NCBI GenBank assembly: GCA_964016885.1
Contig: OZ024743.1
Coordinates: 158,534,001 to 158,598,000, forward strand
Direction of reading: 5' to 3'
From: Eledone cirrhosa
Lineage: Eukaryota
DNA length: 64,000 nucleotides
Each line of letters begins with the position of its first letter. Within the stretch, counting starts at the first letter, position 1. Shown piece after piece: positions 55,851-64,000 of the stretch. The notes beneath the pieces were generated by a model. It was not told the origin of the DNA and ran no database searches. It saw nothing but the letters and a program-made list of their open reading frames with translations. A program made the position numbers and the translations under genes.

Positions 55851-56744
55851 TTTCATAAATAAACATCCATCCCCCTCTTTAAAGTGGGCATCACGACAAA
55901 TGGCGTCACGACAAATGTCTCAATGGACTTCATTTGAAAAGGATTGGATTGGTCTTTTGGTTTCCTTGCTGGCATTTGTATTCTTTGTCTTTGTTGTTGT
56001 AGTGTCATGCTAGTGTGGTTGCTGTTTGGCTCAGGTCAGTCTTGGATTCAACCGACCTCTGATCAAAGTTGCTCCAGCCTTGACCATGGAATCAGGGATA
56101 GTTTCATTCAGTATCAAAAGGTTTAAAGAAACTGAGTTTCTATGCAGATGCTCCCTCATTTGCTCCAATGTCTTTGTGTATTGCTACCATGTCAATTTAT
56201 TTGGTTGGGTATCTAGTTGTAGTGACTAAAGGGATTATTGCAGAATTTGTATGTCTTTGTGTTCTCTTTGGATTTCAAGTATTTAAGTTGTTGTTTAGCT
56301 CCATGTCAGTTTTGATTCATCAGAAATATGGCCAAGGACTATCCAACCATGATCTTAATGTCTATTTTTAAGATGGTAGGGTGTGATTTAATGGAGATTT
56401 CACTTTTTGCTATTTCTAGCAGGCTAAGTGACCATGTGAGGCTTCTTCATTGGCATGGTACTGTGTGGGTAATATCATTATATTGTGTGTGTGTGTGTGT
56501 GCGTGTGTACATACTTCTGATTTTATTATTTTATAAATTTTCACCAATAAAGAGAGTCAGTTTCTAGCATAGAAACAAGTCATTCATTGGTATTTAGACA
56601 ACATCAACTAGATAAATACATATGTATGTGTTTCTGTTTGTGTGCAGGTATGGGTGTTATTAGACGTATGGATCTGTATGTTTTGAGTTATATGTATACA
56701 TGTGTAATATAGATACATGTGTATATGCAGTTATTATATGCTGA

Positions 56745-57230
56745 ATTTCTGAAATGTTTTACATATTTTTACAGTTCTATTAATCAACTGTACTTGCAAC
56801 TTCCTAACTAGCCATGCACTTTCTGGTTCTCTTGAAGCCCAGCTTCTCAAAATTTATACTGAGACAGTAACATATCCCAGAGCCCCAATTATCACAGGTA
56901 CTAATCTAAAAGTATAGTCAGTGTGGAGTATCTGCAGATTCTCGATTAGTTCAGCATAAATGTTCTCCTTTTCGCTAATCTTTAGTACTATACTGACATT
57001 TGCTGGGCAGCTGATTTCCACTACTGTGCATGAGTTTTTTTTTCTCTGTTCCATATCACTATGTCTGGTCTGTTATATTAGCATTTTGTTAGGGTTTTGA
57101 CTGAAACATTCCACCAGTACTCATATTATGTACGTATATGCCTTCCACATCACTGTAACTTTTTATGGGTTTATTCTCAGGGCTATACTTTCTACAAATT
57201 GCATTGTATATATAGTGTTTTGGCCACTAC
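56745..57230 (-). pseudogene. Restriction-like endonuclease domain of an R4/Dong/NeSL-type non-LTR retrotransposon
   Basis: EYWWNVSVKT..YNRPDIVIW, frameshift, CTVVEISCPANVSIVLKISEKENIYAEL...PVIIGALG (PD-(D/E) motif). Confidence 0.8.
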
Positions 57231-58641
57231 ATCATATATGTGTGTGTATATTATCACTCTATTTTCCATGCTTGCATGGGTAAGATGAGATGTCACTTTA
57301 TGAGGCTAGCGACATGCACACACACACACACATATAAATATATATTCATGTGTGTGTTTGTGTGTTATGATGTATTAGAGCATTGTTATGGAAAGTTAAG
57401 TAATTTCTAGTGCTTTATGGCTGGGTAAGGTTGTAGATCTCCCATAAAAACCAACAGGGTCCATCATAAACCTAAATTGTAGAGGTTTATAAAAAAAATG
57501 TAGTTGGGGGTACGTTGGTAGGAACAGTTGTTAAGTGGTACTTGTTATTTTTTAATTAAATTTTTATCAGCAAACATTTCTTAAGTTCCTCTAATTATAA
57601 CTTAGTTGGTTCCACTTGCACTGATTGCCAGTTATTAAATTGTATTGGGCATGCTGAGTCACACCACCTTCAAGATTATAGTCGATTATATCAACTCACG
57701 TACTTGTAGACTGATACTTGGTGAGGTTTGAATTCAGGACATTTTATTTTATTTTGTATTGTTCATTTTTTTGCTGATTTCAGGCATTGGTTTACGGCCA
57801 TGCTAGGGATCTTCCTTCAAGGGTTTTAGTCAATTTGATCAACCCCAGTACTTAATTTTGTTTTAAAGTTTGGTTTGTTGAATTGCTAAGTTAAGGGACA
57901 TAAATACACTTCACCTATTGTTAAGCATCGATCCACACACACATGACAAGCTTCTCCTGAGTTCCCTTCTACCAAATTTCACTCATAAGACACTCGTTAA
58001 TGTTGATTGTTATATCAAGTAAAGCAACTGAGTAACGAACTTGTGTATATCCCTGTATATCCCTGTATTTTAATGAGCTCAAAGGAAAAAATTGCTGGGC
58101 ACTTCAAAATACAATATAGTGTGGAAAAAACACAGTGTGTTTTCATTTACAGGGGGTATAAGACCACTGGCATATATATTTAGAGAATCTGTCATTACCA
58201 TAACAGAAATCTGACGAGCTTTTGATTCCTGAGTTGGGCCAGATAGATACGGATCGAGCTTTGAGCTGCTCAATCGTGAAATGTGCGTCACACCTCAATA
58301 AACATAATGAAGGTCTAACACTTTGTCCTTTTTATTATTCTTATATATGAGAGAGAGAAATCTCAACATGAGGTCCTCTAGGTTTTGGCCAACTAATTAG
58401 TGGTTTTCCTGGTACCTAGACCATGGACATGTCATGTACATCATATTAAAGATCCTTTTGACATCTGTATACACACAGCTTCACTGGTTTCACTCTATAC
58501 TATAGCCATGCTGGGGTATCACATTCAAGGGTATAGTTGATTAAGTTCACCTTAATACTTGTAGGCTAGTAGTTATTTTATTGCATTTGGAGGGATGAAT
58601 TCCAAAGTGGACCTGGGTGGGAATAAAACTCAGTATCTAAA

Positions 58642-59169
58642 TAAAGATAGACGGTAGCCACGGAGTAGGCAGACCCAGAAAAACCTGGGATGACCTGATA
58701 AATTCCGACCTCACACACTTACACCTCTCCAAGACAATGTCACTGGACCGAGATCTTTGGCGGTACTCAGTAATAGAGAAGACCCGCCTTACCTAAATAC
58801 AAAGTAAAACCTACTACAGTCAGTAGGCATCTCTAACAAAATACACCCCCACTCCATCCACACCGCCCCTTTCAATGTAAAGTTATGTTGGTGCCACAAC
58901 ATCCAGGCCGAAACAAATGAGATCGTGTAGGTGTCACGACAAAAAAACACACAGTCCACGCTGTAATGTGGCTGTGTAGGCAACACGGTAAAAACCTCCC
59001 AGTCCCACACTGTAAATGCGTTTGGTGTTAGGAAGGGCATCCAGCTGTAGAAAACCTGCCAGACAGTCCTATGCAAGCAAGACAACCACTCTTGCCTCAA
59101 GTGGGAAAACTCCCATCCAAACCCATGCAAGCGTGGAACATGGACGTTAAACGATGATGATGATGATGA
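58642..59169 (+). mobile_element. RTE LINE 3' fragment (copy F)
   Basis: Near-identical to the 3' ends of copies B, C and D. Putative 8-bp TSD TATCTAAA at 58634-58641 and 59170-59177. Confidence 0.9.
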
Positions 59170-59510
59170 TATCTAAAGTGACTTAAAACACATAATGCAG
59201 TGCCTGCTGCTCTACTGATTTTGCAGTCAGCTACCCATTGTTAATTAATTTGTGATATATTTTCTTTATTTCCATAAAATATATTTTGTTTTGTTTTTAT
59301 TATTCATTCAATAATTATTCCTATGAATGTGTACTGGTATGTGTGTGTGTGTGAGAGAGAGAGCTTGTGTGGGGTTATGTTGATGTATGTTTATGCATGT
59401 TTGTGTGCTATAATGCATGTGTATGTATGCTTGTTTCTCTGTGTATGTGTTGTTGTATTTCTGTGGATGTTAGTTTGTATGTGGCTGTTTTGCGTGCGTG
59501 CGTGTGGCTA

Positions 59511-59565
<55 letters not shown>

Positions 59566-61222
59566 GTTATGTATTGCAGTATGCCTATAGTAGAGCTGTA
59601 TGTAACATATCCATGTTTGAGTGTCAAGTTGCATGTTAATGTATATTTATGTGTATAGGTAAACGGACACACACACATATATATATACACACACCCATGT
59701 GTGTGTGTATTAATTAATATAAGTGGTAGGTAGGGCTGTGACTGATACCACATCATAATTTCACTTTGCTGACTAGTACTTAATTCAAAACACCAGTGAA
59801 AAATCCTTGAAGTTGTTTACTACCCTATATAATGTAAGTTGTTTCTTCTTAGCACCTGCCCTTTCTTCTTCACTGTCTTTTCAATTATTGACCATCTTTT
59901 GATTTGTTATTTTTATTTTTCTATTTTCTCCCCATCTTATTTCTAATTTAATTGATCCCATTGACTGGCGTTCACTGAGGAAGCTTCTGTGTAGTTGCAC
60001 AACCAGATATAAATAGCAGCCAAATCACACCTTTGACCGTAAAAACTGACGGGAGGACATAATTCATAATGTTTATTTTATGTCTTAGATCCGAGGGAAG
60101 GGGCTGGATGCTATTACTTTCACAGATCGTTCAAGAGATTGATACCCTTAACATTCTATTTAAACTGTTGCAGGAGAAACATGTTGAGTGGGAATTCCAG
60201 GAGGCTGGTTTTATGGGGAGGAAGAACTGTATATAGTAGTTAGTGTGGGGCCTACAAAATTGCACACAACATGGTAAAAACTAACAGGAAGCAGTATGTT
60301 TGTAAGTCAAAGGTTAGTGTGTGTTTGTGAGTGTGATTGTGAGTAACATAATACCAATAAGATGAGATCCAAGATACATTAGGCCTGAAGATAAAATGAG
60401 ATGGTCATGGTAGGAATGTCTTAGAACCACCAGTTACTTGACTGAATATTTGGTCAGTTAAATCGACCTCTAATTTAATTATTAATAAATGCTCGGATTT
60501 GAGCTCCTTCACATGTTTGTGATTTTTTGACATCTATAATTTTGCTAGTATATATATATATATATATATATAATGCTAACAGAGGTACCCGGCGTTGCCC
60601 GGTATAATGGAGTAGTCGTTCAAATGAACCGAAAGACTTCCGTTAAACACGAATATAGAAGTAACAATTTATAGGTGTTGGCCCTAAAGAGGGCCATTGA
60701 ACGTTCACTTTGAAATATCTCAGCGGCGGTGCTGCCAGCAAAGATGAAACCGATGGTAACAATTTAAACTTGGTGGCCCTGAAGAGGGCCTTGGATCGTT
60801 CACTCATGAAAGTCCCAGCAGCAGAGGTGTGGCCCTTAAGAAGCCCTTCACACCACTTTGGTGTGTCGTATTTGCTTTACGACACACTTGTTGTTTGAGA
60901 TTGTAACCTAGAAAAGGATGACAGTCGGTGGCCACAAAAACGGCCTTGACAAGATCACGTTGGAATGTCAAAACAATGTGTAAATAAGATGTAGGGAAAA
61001 GTAGATAAATTAGGTTAAAACTACGGAACATCGATAGCAAAGTGTAATAGCAACATATAAATGTGGAAAATGGAGACATTGAACATTTATAATGTATAGC
61101 AAAAGCAACCTCAGAGGTGTACGTGGTATTGTCAAAAGGACAAAAATAGCACACGGATACAGCAAATGTAAGCACTTATACAAAAAAAAAACACAGCAAT
61201 TACTTGTTGGCAGATGGGGTGC

Positions 61223-61714
61223 CTACAAAACTTCCTTATAGACTATATTTTGGGCTTTCTCGCGAGTTACAAAAGCGAATAGGTTATGTCAGCTCACCAC
61301 TCGAGAGCAGCCAACATATAGTTGACCATGGGAGAAGCACAGTTCTTCTAAATTAAGCCCTACGACTGTCGGAGTCTGGCCCTGGGATTTGATAATCGAC
61401 ATGGCGAAACTGAGCCAGAGAATTGCAGCCTTCTGAATGTGAAAGGAATATCTTTACCGGATGGAATGAGAGGTATCCTTGGTATGAAGACAGTATCCCC
61501 CTTGCTACATCCTGTAAATATTGTTGCCGTTGGAAAGCCTCTGGGGTTCCAAATTCCTGAGGAGCATGACAGGAGCACCTTTCTTAAGTCGCAGTAAGTG
61601 TGGTGGCAATCCGGGAGGGTCTAGGGAGTTGAGAAATTCTGTAGGGTAATTAACAACTTCGTCCGGATCAGCCATAGAGTTAAGGGACTTGTAGATGTTC
61701 AGGTTTCCAGGCAA
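61223..61714 (-). pseudogene. Helitron Pif1-family helicase C-terminal region
   Basis: NYPTEFLNSLDPPGLPPHLLRLKKGAPVMLLRNL...VFIPRIPLIPS..FRRLQF...CFSHGQLYVGCSRV...NIVYKEVL*. Confidence 0.92.
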
Positions 61715-61717
61715 GCA

Positions 61718-62336
61718 CAGCGTAGTCGGAGGAGGGGTTGTAGTTAAAGGCCTTCAACAACCATCGTGAATTGCAAGTCCTAGAAATGCCACGTAACAAT
61801 GATCGTCGCTGTTCACTTTGCAGAAGTCGGCCACATCGTTGCTCTATGGTTTCAGTATTTCGTGCAGTGGCAGTGGCGTCCCTGCTTCGTCGAACGGCGC
61901 GTCGTCCTTCATCCTCTCGAGCGCGAGCAGCGGATGTTGCAGTGGTGTCCCTGCTTCGTTGAACGGCGCGTCATCCTTCATTCTCTCACGCGCAAGCAGC
62001 GGCTGTTGCAGTGGCGCCCCACTTCGTCAAACAGCACATCGTCCTTCATCCTCTCGCGCGTGAGCAGCGGCTATTGCAGTGGCGTCTTTGCTTCGTAGAA
62101 CGGCATGTCGTCCTTCATCTTCTTCAGTGCGAGTAGCAGCAGTCGCGGCAGCATCTTTGTTCCGTCAAAGTTCACGCCGACTGTCATCCTCCTCCACTCT
62201 TGCAGCTGCCGTCTGCACACCATTCTGTGAGAGCCTGATCGCAGTCACATTTACATCTTCGGTGAGACGCCTTCGCTTAGACCTACTTGCATCATTAGAT
62301 AATCAACCAATGAAAGTTCTTTACTTGGGGGGGCAT
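61718..62336 (-). pseudogene. Helitron RepHel N-terminus with 23-aa charged repeats
   Basis: MPPK*RTFIG*LSNDASRSKRRR...(AAARAREDEGRRAVRRSRDATA)n...AFNYNPSSDY. Several stops are TGA at probable CGA codons. Confidence 0.75.
61870..62213. repeat. 69-bp tandem repeat, 5 copies
   Basis: Unit starts at 61870, 61939, 62008, 62076 and 62145. Confidence 0.9.
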
Positions 62337-63876
62337 TGTTTTTAGAGAATTAACCAGGGAGGACAATAAATAATGGACAAATAACGTTTAAGTAAGCAAA
62401 TCTAAACACGGATATAAATTGTGAAAATATGTGATAAATCTATGTGGTCTGAGAAAGTGGGTATATTTTGCAAGATTTTGTGTACCAGTCAAATTTCATG
62501 TTTTAAGTTATGGGCAACGCAGCGTACGAACTACCTGTGATAAAGGAAATTAAATAGTGTGGCTACAGTGGTAGGTATATAAGTGTCAGTATGTTTGTTC
62601 AGTTCGAACATAGCAATAAGTAAGTACTAACCATTGAAAGGATACACTAAAAAATGGCCGAAAAATCACAGCATGATAAACTGGAACCTTATGACCATAA
62701 ACACATTAACTAAACCTCCTTTAATGTAACAAATATTGAAGAAGCGTGCGTTTCAGAAACATGGGGTAGCTTATGAGAGTACGCATGTAAAAAAACCTAC
62801 TACTTGGCAAAAGTAAAAAAAGAAGTGTAATCCTAGGTCAGACTTGACCAATATAAATAGGAATGATTTCGCTCAATGAACAACACTCGAGTTGTCTGAT
62901 TGGTTAGATAATACAAATAAGTGTGATGAAATCTACTGAACACAACTCAATGATGTGTGGTTGGCCAGAGGTTGCCATTTCACACTTAATTGAGGGGCAA
63001 TTAAACGGGGGAGACAACCGGGTGCAAAAACTAATCAATCATTCGCACAGTTTAGGCATGAGTGTGAAATAGCACAATCCACATACAGTGGGTGTTAAAA
63101 TTTACACCTGGGTTAAATCGCACTTTCTTGGTTAGGAGTGTGAAATGACGCCAAAGTTCAAGGAAAAAAATTTAACTCCCCATTCCGCACTTAATTGTGG
63201 TGCAATTATACGGGGCAGACAACCGGGTGCAAAATTAAATTCAATCATCCTAAAGTTAACTAAACAAACTAAAGTTAAGTCAGGACGATTTAAAAATTCG
63301 CTACTCCATTTGTAGAACATGAGTAACCGATGCGTCAACTTTCGTTTACATTGATTTTTATTTCCAGAAGTTGAAATGCTTTGCTGCAACCATAATATGA
63401 ACTTTAAAAGTGGTCCAAAGGGGCTCACTGCCCTCCCTAGGGGGTTCCCTTGCAAAATTCAAGTGATAACGAATGTGTGGTGCTTTATCTTATGGCAGGC
63501 AATAACCATTTCGTTTAGTTTTTTAAGAATCAAGTATAAACTCCCAAGGTTATGGTGCTTTTTTATTGTGGTAGTTTGAACTTTTATAGGTTAATGGATT
63601 GGGCTCATTGTCCCTGAGGGCTCCTCTTGCTGAATTGAAATGAAAGTAAATGTGCCTCACTGTATCTTCATCTGTAGTACATGAATAACAACTAATTTGA
63701 AATTCGTTTTATTGGCCAACCAATTATCGAAGCTATGACGCTTTGCTGCATTACAATAGCCAAATTCAATAAATGACTCGCCGGGGCTTACTGCTCCCTG
63801 GGGGTCCCCTTGCTTGTTCCGGGTATAGACAGTGTCTTCAACATCATCTTTAGGCAAGGTTCATTTTTACATCTAC

Positions 63877-64000
63877 ATCATCATCATCATCATCATCATC
63901 ATCGTTTAACGTCCATTTTCCATGCTAGCATGGGTCTGGACGGGAATTGTCCCCTTGAGGCAAGATTGGTTGTCTTGCTCAGGACTGTCTGGCGGGTTTT
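63877..64000 (-). mobile_element. RTE LINE 3' end (copy G), continues beyond the window
   Basis: (CAT)n followed by the reverse complement of the copy B 3' terminus. Confidence 0.9.

Larger units (their letters stand above)
60576..63870 (-). mobile_element. Large internally deleted Helitron (5' boundary uncertain)
   Basis: 3' hairpin TACCCGGCGTTGCCCGGTA next to a degenerate CTAG (CTAA), with RepHel N- and C-terminal coding remnants. The 5' TC terminus was not found. Confidence 0.75.

Overview
AT-rich, microsatellite-dense animal genomic DNA, intronic or intergenic. No host protein-coding gene, rRNA, bona fide tRNA or CRISPR array can be supported. The repeat make-up (RTE-clade LINEs with (GAT)n tails, tRNA-derived SINEs, very long (TA)n tracts) suggests a coleoid cephalopod such as Octopus; this is an inference, not a database result. 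Main content: a near-full-length RTE-type LINE (5473-9044; endonuclease plus RT, two frameshifts, C4HC3 PHD-like finger inserted after YADD) with at least six truncated relatives; a second Rex3/Expander-like RTE family; a complete 2.6 kb hAT/Charlie element with an 8-bp TSD and an internal 40-bp minisatellite; three to four Helitrons; remnants of piggyBac, maT/DD37D and REL-endonuclease elements; MITEs; and SINEs with long TSDs. Most ORFs in the supplied track are microsatellite translations or antisense shadows of these elements. Most unusual signals: (1) an unexplained CpG-rich element at 9755-10613 holding two gap-free, about 71%-identical units; (2) a perfect 256-bp palindrome next to a minimal hammerhead-ribozyme motif, resembling a Penelope-like repeat; (3) recurrent fold-back or inverted junctions at element ends. 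Alignments and counts were done by eye and boundaries are approximate unless TSDs or TIRs are quoted.
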